Of a stretch of DNA of 64,000 bases, positions 1 through 11,943 are shown piece by piece. Source of the DNA: Basidiobolus meristosporus CBS 931.73 (Eukaryota > Fungi > Basidiobolomycota); contig MCFE01000028.1 in the NCBI GenBank assembly GCA_002104905.1, positions 1-64,000 on the forward strand, given 5' to 3'. Each line of letters opens with the position of its first letter. Within the stretch, counting starts at the first letter, position 1. The notes beneath the pieces were generated by a model, which saw only the letters and a program-made list of their open reading frames with translations, was not told where the DNA came from and searched no databases. A program made the translations under genes and the position numbers.

Positions 1-370
1 CAATATCATTACACTCCAGAAAGCAACAACTGTGGCACTTTCTACCATAGAGGCAGAGTATATGGTAGCCAATGAGGCTACAAAAGAAGCATTGTGGCTA
101 AGAAAGCTCTCCAAAGACTTTGGTCTATATCAGAAATCCCTACTACACTATTTCAAGATAATCAAGGATGTATGCAGTTGGGTAGTAATACAACTTTTTA
201 AGCTAGAGCTTAGACATCATTTGATACAGGGAGCTATAGAGAATAACTTTGTGAACTTATTTTGCTGCCCTACATATGAAATGTTTGTAGTGACTTACAC
301 CAAACTGTTAGCAAGAAATAATTGTGAATATAATAGAACACATTTGAATCTAGTTAATATGAGTATTTAG
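1..370 (+). pseudogene. Decayed Ty1/copia RNase H C-terminus (element runs off the window start)
   Basis: Translation ..VALSTIEAEYMVANEATKEALWLRKL..(Q)DNQGC..ENNFVNL..C matches the copia RNase HI motif ALST(T)EAEY..A..EA.WL; frameshifted. Confidence 0.85.
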
Positions 371-381
371 ACAAATGGGTT

Positions 382-633
382 TGTTATAAATATTGTAATT
401 GCACCTAAGTATGGAAGGTACCTTGACCTTTCATACAGCACTTTGGAGCTACTCCTAGTGTAACTTCAGGAGGGCAAGGGACCAAGTAACTAAAATATCT
501 AGGTGTAATTAGTAAAATTACATCATAAGCATTAGAATAACTCAAGATCCTGTGTGTAGAATTACAGTTCTTTTGGGTAACTTTTGAAAGTGGCATATTG
601 TAGGCACCTAATATCTTAGTGAGAATTTCTACA
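382..633 (+). mobile_element. Degenerate 3' LTR of copia family B (right boundary uncertain)
   Basis: Starts TGTTATAAATATTGTAATTGCACCTAAGTAT just after the RNase H stop, similar to the LTR starts at 18440 and 18555 and to the reverse complement of 21663 (TGTTGTAAGAATTTGTAATTCCACCTAAATAT). Confidence 0.5.
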
Positions 634-2061
634 AAGTTGTGACTTGAAATTTGGACAATGAGCGATCAAGCTCTTAAGCCAAGTGAATATTTAAGTGTTG
701 ATCAGATTGGAGCATTCTTGGACCAAATATCCAAATCAGTGTAAGGCAACGCATTAGGGAAATCCCATATCTACAATGTCGGCATTTTTGACGGCATTAA
801 ACCCGATTGGATGGATATATCATGGAATGAAAATCTGATTTATCTAGATTCGCCTCCATATCGAGTTTAATTGCCCACAAAAACCCATTGATCTACTCCC
901 CATAAGGAGCTATATTTCAGTTGGTCAATCTTGCCAAATCTGCTACGGGAATGAACAAATACAAGCAGCCTCATCCACTCGCTTTTCCTGCTCACCAACT
1001 GTGGCGGTAGTATGATCGGGCTAATCCTTGCAGTTTGGAACAACGAATAGTACTTTGTTTGTGCTGATAGGAGTCATGACCGTCTTCATTTGTTGGGTCT
1101 TCCAGAAAATTGGTACCATCGAGTGATGAATGACAAGTACGATTAGCCTCAGCAGGACTATAAGCAAAAAGGGAGGTATAGTCTACAGATCTAGGAGCTT
1201 AGCTCCAAGCAGTTCGAACCGGGACTCAATACAGCTTGGCTAGGCACTCGGGTGGATCTAGTTAGCACAGTGCTTGCTTGGCGGTTTAATAAAGCTGATG
1301 ATTGTTGGATGGCCAAATTTTACTACAGGTTGGTGATCATTCTTTGGGTTGAACACATTTGGCCGTTGCACATCTCGAGCAGTCCTGGTAATCTTGAACA
1401 CATATCTCATCATCTTCACAAACGGGGCAAATTGGACCAACAAAGCAGTTGACGCACAACTTTTGGCTGTTATCTGGTGGATACACCAACGCTGGATTAG
1501 AATGGTTGCCTCACATGTTGCCTCACATAATAGAAAATGCCATTACATACCTAGTGGGCCCAGCGTCTGAAGGCACACAGATTGAGAGCAACCATCTGAC
1601 TTCATACCAGAGAATGAACAGATCGTCTCAGCAGGGCATGGCCTGGAGCAGGTGGGCTGGGGAGGGCAGGTTGTGGCCTTGCAAAAAACTATGGTGTGGA
1701 TCAGGGAGATTGTCAAGATGATTGATCTGGCGAACATTTGTGAACGTTTGTCAAGTGAACTAGCTTTTATTGGATCAATAGAGGCGATTTACATGTTTGT
1801 TGGTTGAGACAATGCATGCGTAGTTCGCAACAAATGATCGGTGCGGATGCAAGTATTCCTGTATCTGATGTTGTCCATGTATGCACTGTATCTGATGTTG
1901 TCCATATATGCTTATATTGTAGAGTTGCATACGTTACCGTGCACATGCACACGCACACGCACACACCAAGGTGGTTACGTGAGCAATGTGATTACATTTC
2001 TGTTCCTATCGAAACGTGGTTACTTGCGTGGTTCCTTGATTTGCTGGTGAGAATAGGATAT

Positions 2062-2931
2062 CTAGTGACGGTTGGCGATTTTCGATTGCCATGAGTGGGC
2101 CTTCTCGAAGCCGTTGATGCCCATTTGATAGTCGACAAATGTTTGTTGAATGTCCCTTGTGTTATTCATGACGAACGGCCCGTACTGCACAACCGGCTCT
2201 TTAATAGGCTCGCCTGCGACCAGGACGAAATGCACCGCGCTATCCTTGGTCTCTATGCTAATTACGCCCCCCTCTTCGCTAAGAGTCAATGTGTGGTGTG
2301 CTTTCCCCAGGGTGCTCCTCGATCCGAAGTACGCTTCCCCTTCCAGTACGTACAGAAAGCCCTGGTAGCTTTCCGGAATGGTTTGCTCGAACTTGAAGCC
2401 CTTCTCGACCTTGAAGTCCAGATACATCGTTGGGGTTTTGGTGACTACTGGACTGGATACTCCAAACGAATGGCCGGCAATCACCTTGATCACTGCCTCG
2501 ACACCTGGCGGGGATACCCTAGGTATCTCATGGTCTAGCAACTCCTGGTAGCGAGGCTCGCACATCTTTTCGTCGGCGCTCAGGTTAACCCAGAGCTGCA
2601 ATCCATGGCACTTGGTTTGGGGCATTTCCGCATGAACTATACCGCGTCCGGCTGTCATCCATTGAAGATCACCCGGGCCGATCTTTCCTTGGTGGCCCGC
2701 GAAATCCTCGTGAGCGACAATCCCATCCAGCATATAGGTGACCGTCTCGAAGCCCCGATGTGGGTGATCCGGAAACCCGGCTGGCGGCTCCACCATGAAC
2801 TCATCAAGCATCAGGAACGGGTCGAAATTCTCCAGTTCGCTGGTTCCGATGCTTCTTCGCACTGTGGCTCCATCCCCCTCCGGCTGGGCGATCGCTTCCA
2901 CCTGATTGGTGATGTATCTTTGGACGGTCAT
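2062..2931 (-). CDS. Pirin (bicupin, quercetinase-like), intronless, 289 aa from MTVQRY
   Basis: EGDGATVRRSIG, DPFLMLDEF, FPDHPHRGFETVTY, GDLQWMTAGRGIVHAEMP, GLQLWVNL, EPVVQYGPFVMN. The upstream part of the 380-aa ORF looks non-coding. Confidence 0.95.
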   Translation of the reverse strand: MTVQRYITNQVEAIAQPEGDGATVRRSIGTSELENFDPFLMLDEFMVEPPAGFPDHPHRGFETVTYMLDGIVAHEDFAGHQGKIGPGDLQWMTAGRGIVHAEMPQTKCHGLQLWVNLSADEKMCEPRYQELLDHEIPRVSPPGVEAVIKVIAGHSFGVSSPVVTKTPTMYLDFKVEKGFKFEQTIPESYQGFLYVLEGEAYFGSRSTLGKAHHTLTLSEEGGVISIETKDSAVHFVLVAGEPIKEPVVQYGPFVMNNTRDIQQTFVDYQMGINGFEKAHSWQSKIANRH

Positions 2932-3677
2932 TGTTGATTTTGTTCTTGATCTTGATCTTTTGGACTGAATGTACATTTGATGCGAATGAACGCTGGTCCT
3001 TTTAAAGGGCACCCCTCCCGGAAAAATGTACCATATATAGATCTGTTCTCCCATCCCGGTCGGATAATATCTATATTTGCCATGATTCTCCGGGAATTCT
3101 GGCAGTGAGCTCGTGAACAAAAAGGAACCTAGAAATTTAGAAATTAGAAAGTCGATGGAGAAAACAACGAAGAGACTGCGACTTGAACCACTCGGCCATC
3201 TCACCTAATCATTGGGAGTTCCGATGGAAGATCTTTGCAGAGTTACTCATATGATGATTAATGAATGATCGGAGCTTCGTCTTCTTTCAAGCCATCATGT
3301 AGCTCGCCTACTCACCCGCTATAGCATGCTCGCAACTTATTGCCCAAGAGAAATATTTTGTATGTATAGGTATGCGCATTATATCCTAAAAATAGCTTAA
3401 ACGGATATGCAAGGTTGGAATGGGTAATGCTGGTGCTACAAATGAGCATTATGAGATTGGTTGGAGTAGGCAAATTGATCCGGTTGCTTTAATGTCATAA
3501 CCTGCGAGGATAACCTGACCACTCTCTCATGGCACCATTGTTTCGATCCCAATCCGGAGATGATTCGATGAAGAGCATAATCGATTGACTGGTTCAACGT
3601 AGAGAAGAATACGGCTGACCGACAATGTCCAAGCGAATAATGGAGAAGTCAGGCAAACGCAGGTCGACGGCAGCCCC

Positions 3678-3683
3678 TATAAA
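3678..3683 (+). promoter_or_regulatory. Putative TATA box of the LPMO gene
   Basis: CCCCTATAAAGC about 65 nt upstream of the ATG at 3746. Confidence 0.45.
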
Positions 3684-3745
3684 GCTTCCGCGGTCGAGCG
3701 CCAAACTGGTTTAACTAACCTTTATAATTTATCTAATATCCAAAG

Positions 3746-4690
3746 ATGGTTGGCGTTAAAGCAATCCCCCCATTAATAACCCTGTTAACAGCGCTCACCC
3801 ACGTAAGAGCACACATGGAGATGGTTCAGCCGCCACCGCGCATGTCCCAATTTAACCCAACCTACAAAGGCTACCCAGATTTCGACATGAACTCGCCCCT
3901 CGATCCAAGCCGGTGGCCGTTCCCATGCCGCGGATTCAGTCGAGGGGGTGTGGTTCAGACCGTCAAGGCCGGGGCCACCATACCGGTCAAGATCGGAGGT
4001 GGAGCTCCCCACAACGGGGGCCATTGCCAGTTTGCAGTATCCTACGACGACAAGACCTTCGTCGTCCTGAGAGACGTCTTTGATGACTGTCTGGTCGGCT
4101 CGCTCACCTTCAATGTTCAGATGCCCAGTGATGCGCCGAGCGGCAGGGCTACTCTGGCCTGGACCTGGATCAATAAGACTGGGAACCGGGAATACTACAT
4201 GAACTGTGCAGATATTGAGATCCAAGGGAGGTCCGGTGGCTACATCACGGGGCCTAAACTCCTGGTGGTAAACCTTCCGGGCTATGTTACCATCCCCGAG
4301 TTCACCTACGGCGAATACAGTGGGAAAGACCTGTTCCCCAAGAGGCCCATCGTCAAGATCGTGCCTAGCAACGTCACGGCCGAGACCACCGTCGCAACCG
4401 ATTCCGAAGGAGGCTCCGATTTCGATTCGGAACCCGACTCACCGGTAGAGTCTCCCAAGACCGTCCCCTCGACAAAACCCCCCAAGCCCACCGAAACTCC
4501 CAGGCCTACCAAGCCAATTAACACCCAAGGCAGCAAACTCGTCCGGTGCTCCGGTTACGAATCCAAATGCGTCAGTCCGGGGCAATCGCCCGACTTCAAA
4601 GTGTGCACCTACGGCTACGAATACAACCGCCGCTGCGCCCCAGGTACCATGTGCTACGGAGACGTGAATCAGATGTATTGCAGCTATTGA
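3746..4690 (+). CDS. Secreted AA11-type lytic polysaccharide (chitin) monooxygenase with Pro/Thr/Ser linker and C-terminal CBM19-like chitin-binding module
   Basis: Signal peptide ending VRA, then His1 (HMEM); APHNGGHCQ carries the second His; WTWINKTGNREYYMNCADI is the AA11 Tyr motif; PT-rich linker; Cys-rich tail C..C..VCTYG..CAPGTMC. Confidence 0.88.
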   Translation: MVGVKAIPPLITLLTALTHVRAHMEMVQPPPRMSQFNPTYKGYPDFDMNSPLDPSRWPFPCRGFSRGGVVQTVKAGATIPVKIGGGAPHNGGHCQFAVSYDDKTFVVLRDVFDDCLVGSLTFNVQMPSDAPSGRATLAWTWINKTGNREYYMNCADIEIQGRSGGYITGPKLLVVNLPGYVTIPEFTYGEYSGKDLFPKRPIVKIVPSNVTAETTVATDSEGGSDFDSEPDSPVESPKTVPSTKPPKPTETPRPTKPINTQGSKLVRCSGYESKCVSPGQSPDFKVCTYGYEYNRRCAPGTMCYGDVNQMYCSY

Positions 4691-4976
4691 AGCTCGCATG
4701 TAAAGAGCCAGATGTATGGCAGTTAGAGCCAAGAGCATAGAATACTAACAACAAACCATATGGCAAGCAGCCAACAATAAATCGTGTGGTAAACAGATGT
4801 ATTTGTAAGTTAGGCTAATTGAACAAGACAGGGGGACGGTTTTAGAACTGGCTATCCTACAAGAAATAAGTCAGGTATTTAGGGGCCGTATTTAGGGGCC
4901 GCAAGATGGACGGATGAGGTAGGTACACATTAATAAAGAGGATATTTAAATTAGATTATGGGGGAAATATCGGGGT

Positions 4977-6794
4977 CTACTGGGCCTGGGTGGGTTGCGG
5001 GGAGCTATTCCCAGCCTTCCAACCCGACATGCTCATTCGCTTCAATGCCGCACGGAATCCGTTAATCGGGCTGGCGCTCATCGAGTTCGATCGACGCACA
5101 CGAGTGGCCTTCCCTGGGCTATCGTCTTTGGTTTCCGGGGTTTCGGTCTCTTCGAAGGACACTTTGGTGGGCGGATGATAGAGGGTGTTGGATCGACCAC
5201 GAAGAGGGGTGACTGGATGGGATTTAACGGGGGGTGGGTTCCGCTCTACGGAATCCTGGCTCTTGGTGCTCGAACTCGAAGGCTTCATGAGTTCATTCCT
5301 TGGCGAGGTGTAATCAGATGCCAACACCTCCATCATCTGCCCACTCTCCATGATCCTGGTGAGAATCTTGTTGATGTACAGGGTCAGCGCTTTGTTCTCG
5401 TCCTTGAGGGTCTTGTTCTCATCCTTGGACACTCGAACGTCATCCTTGAGTTCTAAACAGGCAATCCGGATTAGTGGGTGCTGAAGAATACTGCCTCTCT
5501 AAACCAACTCACTTTCAACCATAAAGTTCGACTCGGCGAAGGTCTGGACGATCGGGGTGGTGGGTGCAGAAAGGATTTCCATGGAAAGAGGGGCCACTTC
5601 ATCCTCTTCTTCTATGGCATCGAATCGGTTCTACAAGGCGGTTGAGTGATCATGCAATGGGAGCTGCATAACAAACGTCGCTGTCCTACCTGTAAAATCG
5701 GATTGAGCATAAAGCTTCCGCTCATGGTCTTCTCATGCAGAAGAACTTGGTACGATTCGTTCTCCTCCATCAACGTTTGATTCACCTGCTTCAGCTGGTT
5801 CTTCTCATTCTCCAACGCTGCCATTTTCAGCGACTGGATTTCGTAGCGAGAAATGGCGGCTTGGGTGCCTTGTTTCGCCTGATAGATCGGGCTTATGAGT
5901 AACTCGAAACAGGGAAGTTCCTGGGCGAACATGGGCAAACCTTTTCTATCTCCTCTCGCAGCTCCAGAATCAGCCTGTCCTGTGATTTGACCGTCTTCGA
6001 GAGGATCTTGCTTTCCTTGAGCAGGATAGAGACGTCGGGGGTTTTCTGTTCGTTTACTTCCTCGGCAGATTCTGGTGGTAATTGAAAGAGACTCAGTACT
6101 GGGGGGACTACACTCCGTCTGAGGGTATCCTGTACCTCGTGTGCCGGTGCGTGATATAGAAGGCGAATGCTTAAGCTTCTGAAGTGACTTGACTTGCGCT
6201 GAAAGTTGGCCGATCTTTTCGGTGAGTGTGGTTCTCTCCTTCTCAAAGGAAATGGTCTAGTGGGTAAGGGAACAAAAGGGGTTACTAGGGTTCGGGTGAG
6301 GTCGCTGTACCGGACAAACTGACCTCGAGCTCTCGCTTCTTTTCCAGATCACGACGAGAGCGGGTGAGTGCTTGGTTCTCCTGCCTCAATTCACTAAGCT
6401 CTGTTTCGTATTGGTAGAGCTGGGTTTCCAAACGGTTATACATGTTCGCCGTCGTATTGGTCTCTTGTTGAATAGCGGTGTATTTCTACATGGATATAGG
6501 TGAGTCCCTCCTAGCAGAGCTAACCAGGTTTCAGTTGGGGTACCTTTTTGAAGAACTCATTTTCGTCACTCAAGGTAGCGTTGTTTTCTTTAATCTCTTG
6601 CAGTTTGGTCAGTAGCTAAAGGTGGGGCAGGGGTAGGGATGGAGGTGGAGGTGGAGGTTGAGTTATCTTCGTGGGTCAAAGTGAAGCAAACACTGGCTTA
6701 CTTTCAAGTTCTCATCCTGGACTAGATCCAATTCCTGCTTGATCGATAAAGCCTCGGGGCTCAAAGATGCAGTTATGGCCGGTTCCCCCATCAT
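4977..6794 (-). CDS. Seven-exon coiled-coil protein with a C-terminal FIP-RBD-like (Rab11-binding) motif and a Ser/Pro-rich tail
   Basis: Six GT-AG introns join in frame (exon 1 6794-6702, exon 2 from 6615, etc.); heptad-rich exons; motif ENKALTLYINKILTRIMESGQMMEVL. Confidence 0.8.
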
Positions 6795-7206
6795 TGGAAA
6801 TGTGCTGTTTGAATAGAATAGCAAGAGGAAGCGAGGACTGGTTTGTTGGTAGAAAGTCGAGTGAACTAAAAGTAACCCACACGCGCTACTAAGGGAATTT
6901 ACCTCGGATGATCTGGTGGTTGACTGAGATAAATGAGGCAAATTAATCGAAACAACGGCAACCAACTCAAACAAATTAGCTCGAGTCGATTTTTATGGGT
7001 TATTGTTGTTTTCTTGGTTGGCTGCTCAGCATTCATGTGATTGGATTACACAAAGACACCCAATTAACCCATAGGACTCAGGGGCCCATCTCGCTTGGAG
7101 GCGAATCATCTCTCATCAGATAGTAATGTTTGCATATATTTAGCTACAGCAAATGAAAATAGGGGAAGGCTGAACAAAAATATCCATTTAATTTCATCTC
7201 GTATAG

Positions 7207-8547
7207 CTACACTGTGGAGAAATCCAACTTTTTGTAAACCTTGCTTTTCTTGTGGAAGTAGATGTCGTGGAGTAGACCCGCGAACATTCCTTGCCCGGAA
7301 TTCCTTATCGTGGCCACCAACGACCCTCTGGAGACGATCTCGGTCTCCACCATGGGGGCAATGTATTGCGCCAGATTCACCTGATCGTCCACGTTGACCT
7401 GTGAGCTGAGTGTTGCGAACTGCTGGTGAAAGTCCTGAAGGGTGAAGGTGCACGGGTAGCGCCGGAAGAGGGGGGCCAAGTCGATGTGCGAGCGGGGGTT
7501 CACCGAGTCGGTGCTCAGGTAGAGAATGGGTGAACTGCACGATTCCGTAGGTGTGCGTGCTAGGCACCCCGCGAGAGTGGGAGGAGTGCTCTGAGGTACC
7601 GGCTGTGACCAGGCACAATTTTTGTTGATGAGCTCCTCCTCTAGCGTGGTTAGGATGGACTCGATGTTCTCGGGGATCTTCTCGGAAAATTCAAGACCCA
7701 AGGTTGGTATCTCAACACCAAAGTAATTACCACTCCCACCAAGCATATCGACGACGGTATTCGCCACATCCAGGATTACCGTGTTGTTCCACACGTAGCT
7801 CTTGAGCATCTCTTGAAACACCTGATAGTTGTTGGGGTGACTGGTTTGCACGCGGCCTCTTCCATTCATGGAATGGAGATAGAGCAGCTTTTGATCGTAC
7901 GCTTGGAGCGCGGAGACATGGAGCAGTGACTGGAAATGGCCCTTGCTATTGTTGTGTAGGGCGCTGTTGTCAGCGAATTTATACTCGTATCTGGCCTCCT
8001 CTTTGAACACTTGGATGTCTTCTTTCGCAACCCCATATCGGCTCATGTGTTCAAAACTCAGGTCGCTCTCCTCGTAGATGCGGACGTAGTCTTGAATCTT
8101 AGTTAGGTCGAAGAGGTATGACCAGGGAAGCCGTGTCCAGGAGGTGTAAGAAAGACATTCGCTTGGTAGGTCACGTAGCATGACCTCGCTGCAGTGCTTC
8201 TTGGCCTGTTTGCTCTTGCTAGTAACTTGCGGATAAAGGGTGTCAAAAGGCGCCCACTCTATGATGCTCCCTAGGTGGACGGGAGGGATTATAAGGGATC
8301 GATTAAGATAGTAAGCCAGCATGATGGCATTCTCTAGTGCTATCTTTTGTTGGTAGAAGATATCCTGTGGGAGATAAACCAGGAACTTCTCGCCAGGTAA
8401 AGTCCGTACCACGTCGGATTCGGCTCTTTCTAGATCCAAAGAGGACTCAGCCAGATACGTACTTGCGCTAAACATCGGCAGGACAAGATAAACCAGGGAG
8501 CCACAGATGGCGGATAGAACTAAAGCCACTTTGAAAGAACGTCTCAT
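7207..8547 (-). CDS. Type II membrane O-fucosyltransferase-like (CigA/O-FucT family) protein with degenerate motifs
   Basis: N-terminal TM anchor; KFLVYLP....QQKIALENAIMLAYYLNRSLIIPP resembles YLPHSGFHNQRIALENAL.LA..LNRTL++PP; ILYLSTD motif; intronless, 446 aa. Confidence 0.75.
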   Translation of the reverse strand: MRRSFKVALVLSAICGSLVYLVLPMFSASTYLAESSLDLERAESDVVRTLPGEKFLVYLPQDIFYQQKIALENAIMLAYYLNRSLIIPPVHLGSIIEWAPFDTLYPQVTSKSKQAKKHCSEVMLRDLPSECLSYTSWTRLPWSYLFDLTKIQDYVRIYEESDLSFEHMSRYGVAKEDIQVFKEEARYEYKFADNSALHNNSKGHFQSLLHVSALQAYDQKLLYLHSMNGRGRVQTSHPNNYQVFQEMLKSYVWNNTVILDVANTVVDMLGGSGNYFGVEIPTLGLEFSEKIPENIESILTTLEEELINKNCAWSQPVPQSTPPTLAGCLARTPTESCSSPILYLSTDSVNPRSHIDLAPLFRRYPCTFTLQDFHQQFATLSSQVNVDDQVNLAQYIAPMVETEIVSRGSLVATIRNSGQGMFAGLLHDIYFHKKSKVYKKLDFSTV

Positions 8548-8987
8548 ATCTCTATTAGTCTAAGGTGAAGGGAGAGAGGCCAAGGTTAAGAGGAAAGGTT
8601 GAAAGAAAGCCTCTCAACAGCAAGGGACTAGGAACAACTACGATGCACTCCTATTGAAATGCTCGATGATGGAATTAGTTTTATGGACATCCATATTAGG
8701 AGAAATCAGTAGTTTATGAGAAACATACCATTGCTTGTGCCCCGCATGTACACCGATTCGATTGAAAATGGTTAAGCTCATTAACCTCATTAAAAGGATA
8801 GATGGAAAATCCACGAAAAGCCCGGTATTTGATCGTGAATATCTATAAGCTGCGAATTTTCTCGGTAATATCTTCAAATCAGTGATTTCTGCAAGTCTGG
8901 TGTTTTTTGATCACCGCAGTCATCGTTTTCTGAATAATCCTATCGAGCATCGGATGCCATACAATCTTATCCATTAACTCCACTGAA

Positions 8988-11738
8988 ATGTATAGTGCAG
9001 TGGTAAGTCGTCTAATAGGTGTAGCCTCCAGAAGATCCTTTCCGCTTCTGAAGTCCTCCTTTTCTCGGGCAACCTACACCACTAGAGGTGCACTAGCGCG
9101 CAATCCGCTCTTAGCACTTGCTCCATCCCCGAGCAAACCTTTCATCCCCAGACTTCCAAACTTGGCTCAAATCCCTCAAAGAAATGCCTCCTTTACCCCA
9201 CTCAGGATTCTTCTAAAGGTCACACGTATACCTCTGGCATTTGCCGGCGTCGGTGCCGGGACCGCCGGATATATATCCTATCGTGTTAATGGTATTTGCT
9301 TCTATTTCTCAACCCAAGTCTCTCTTGACTGGTGATTGCTAAAATCCTTCACCCCAACAGAACTATCACATCAAATGGTACCTGATTGGATGCTGGATGG
9401 GGTATCGAAAATAGGATCTCTTTACGGCTCGGCCAAAGAAAAAGGATTGCCCGAAGTTGGCCTAGCGGATTTCTTTTCAAATCTCTTTGTTACTGACGAA
9501 AATGCCCTCTATAAACCTGACACGAGCGACCCTCCGGAGGTCTCCACACCTGTACCTGTACCTGTATCTGCACCCACACCTGCACCTGCACCGGAGCCAC
9601 CCATTCCTGTGCAAGTTCCAGCACCAGCACCAGTCAAAGTGCTCCCCGTCAAGGAAGCACAAAAAAAGGAGAGGAAGCCTCAACCACCACAAATCCAGCC
9701 AAACGAGCTCACACTTCTTACCAAAAAGCTGATCGAAATCCGAAACCTGCTCAAAGGGATAGACGGTGTGGGGATCCAACTGCCCAGTATCGTCGTGATC
9801 GGCTCTCAAAGCTCCGGGAAAAGTTCAGTTCTGGAGTCGATTGTCGGAAGGGAGTTCTTGCCGAAGGGAAACAACATGGTCACCCGCAGACCCCTCGAGT
9901 TGACCCTGATCCATACACCAGATTCTAACGAGGAGTATGGGGAGTTCCCGCAGCTTGGAATGAGCAAGGTGGAGGATTTCCAACAGATCCAGCAGACGTT
10001 GACTGACCTGAACCTATCGGTCCCCGACAGCGAGTGTGTCTCCAACGAGCCAATCGAGCTCCGAATCCATTCGCCGAACGTGCCCGATCTGACGTTGGTC
10101 GACCTACCTGGGTACATCCAAGTCCACAACATTCATCAGCCAACAGAGCTCAAACAGAAGATCTTCGAGCTGTGTGAAACCTACATCCAGGAGCCAAACA
10201 TCATTCTGGCCGTGTGTCCAGCGGATGTTGACTTGGCCAACTCGGAGGCGTTGCTCTCGAGCCGACGAGTGGATCCACTGGGGATCCGCACGATTGGAGT
10301 GATAACCAAGATGGACCTGATCGCGCCGGAAGACGGGGTGGGCCTGCTGCACAACCGAGAATACCCCCTGAACCTGGGCTACATGGGCGTGGTGTGTAGC
10401 AAAGGCCAGCAGAAGAGCGAGGAGAACACGAGCAAGGCGATTATCCAATACAACGACGCTTTCTTCAGCTCCCACCTCGCCTACCGCGCGAATGGCAGCA
10501 GCTTGGGCATCGGTAGCCTCCGCAAGAAGCTGATGTCTGTGCTTGAGAAGTACATGGGCGAGAACCTGGACGCCCTCATAGATCAGATCCGGATGGAGCT
10601 GGAGGAAACCCGCTACCAGTACAAGGTGCAGTACAACGACCGCAAACTAACCCCCGAGTCGTATCTGGCGGAGACGCTGGATTCCCTCAAGTTCCAATTC
10701 AAGGAATTCTCCGGGAAGATCGGAAAGCCGGAGATCCGCGCACAGCTGCGGCAGTTGCTCGAGCAGCGGGTGATGGATATTTGTGCGCAGATGTACTGGT
10801 CAGAGCCTAACATCTCCAGGCTCACGAAGAAGACGATGGACGATCCGGAGTGGGTCGACCGACTCGGGGCCTGCACCTCCATGCTCACCAAGTCGGGGCT
10901 GGGCAGAGTGGGGACCCAGATGATCACAGACATGCTCATGTCAAACGTAGAGCGGATTGCCAACGCCGAGCCGTTCAACCACCACCCGGATGCACAGAAG
11001 AATGTGCTGAGATTCAGCGAGGAAATCCTGCAATCAAAATACTCGATCACGGTGGACCAGGTGGAGAACACCATCAAGCCATACAAGTATGAGGTCGACA
11101 GCACGCAAGACGAGTGGGACGACGCCGTCAAGCGGGCAGCCTCCTGGATAGAGAAGGAGATCGCCATGTGCGAGCACGTTCTTCGCCACATCAAGAAGAC
11201 TGTGGGCAAGGCGCGGCTGCGGTCAGCCATAGAGCATCTGCTGGACGCCGAGAAGGAAGAGGCCAGGCTGGGAAAGTCTGGGGACCCTGCCGCCGACCAA
11301 GAAATGAGCATTCTGCGTGGCCACCACAACCCGCGATTGCTGGAGATTGCCAAGGAGGCAGTGTACTTGAAGCAGCGAGCGATGCTGTTGAAATTCCGAC
11401 TATCCACGACCAAAAGCAAGAGCTGCCGGAGCGCCGAGAACCGAGCCATGTGTCCGGAGGTGTTCCTAAGCCTGGTTTCAGAGAAGCTGGTCTACACTGC
11501 CAGTATGTTTATCCATATCGAGCTGCTGAACGAGTTTCTGTTTCAGTTTCCGCGGGAGCTGGACAACTTGTTGTACTACGGGTTGGACCGAGGCAAGATC
11601 CTCGAATTTGCCAAGCAGAACCCTCAGGTCATGAAGCAACTGAATCTGGCCGAGCGCCAGTTCACTCTCGAGGAGATACTGGAGAAGCTGAACTACCTGA
11701 CGCTGTTTCGTCAGGAGAGCACCCAGCCCGCGCTCTGA
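8988..11738 (+). CDS. MGM1: Mitochondrial inner-membrane fusion dynamin GTPase Mgm1 (exons 8988-9291 and 9361-11738)
   Basis: Arg-rich presequence and TM segment; intron 9292-9360 (GTATTT..CAG) joins in frame; LPSIVVIGSQSSGKSSVLE, VTRRPLELTL, DLPG, TKMD; C-terminal REL/QL..AER..TLE.IL.KL as in Mgm1. Confidence 0.95.
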
Positions 11739-11943
11739 TCCCTCGTGCCTATCATTGTATATACCACGGCTCATGTCATTCGCTGGATGAGCCAGCCAAT
11801 AAATGAATAATCGTGATGATTTGTTTATGTTTATCACATAGAGGCCCATCAGATGTGGATTGAGGTTAGCAGCCAGAAAGCGCCCCATAGCCAACCCACC
11901 TTTTGCCCTTTTGCCGCTCCCTTGCTATCTTTAATCCCTTCGT

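Noticed and set aside
1860-1967. 19-bp direct repeat (27-bp period) and CACG/CA microsatellite downstream of pirin
   Set aside because: A two-copy slippage duplication with no evidence of function.
2932-3204. N-terminal extension of pirin in the 380-aa ORF
   Set aside because: Low-complexity, UTR-like sequence; pirin homology begins at MTVQRY (2931).
9549-9640. Pro/Val/Ala repeat in Mgm1 as a novel domain
   Set aside because: A hexamer (CCTGTA/CCTGCA) slippage expansion in the variable linker before the GTPase domain.
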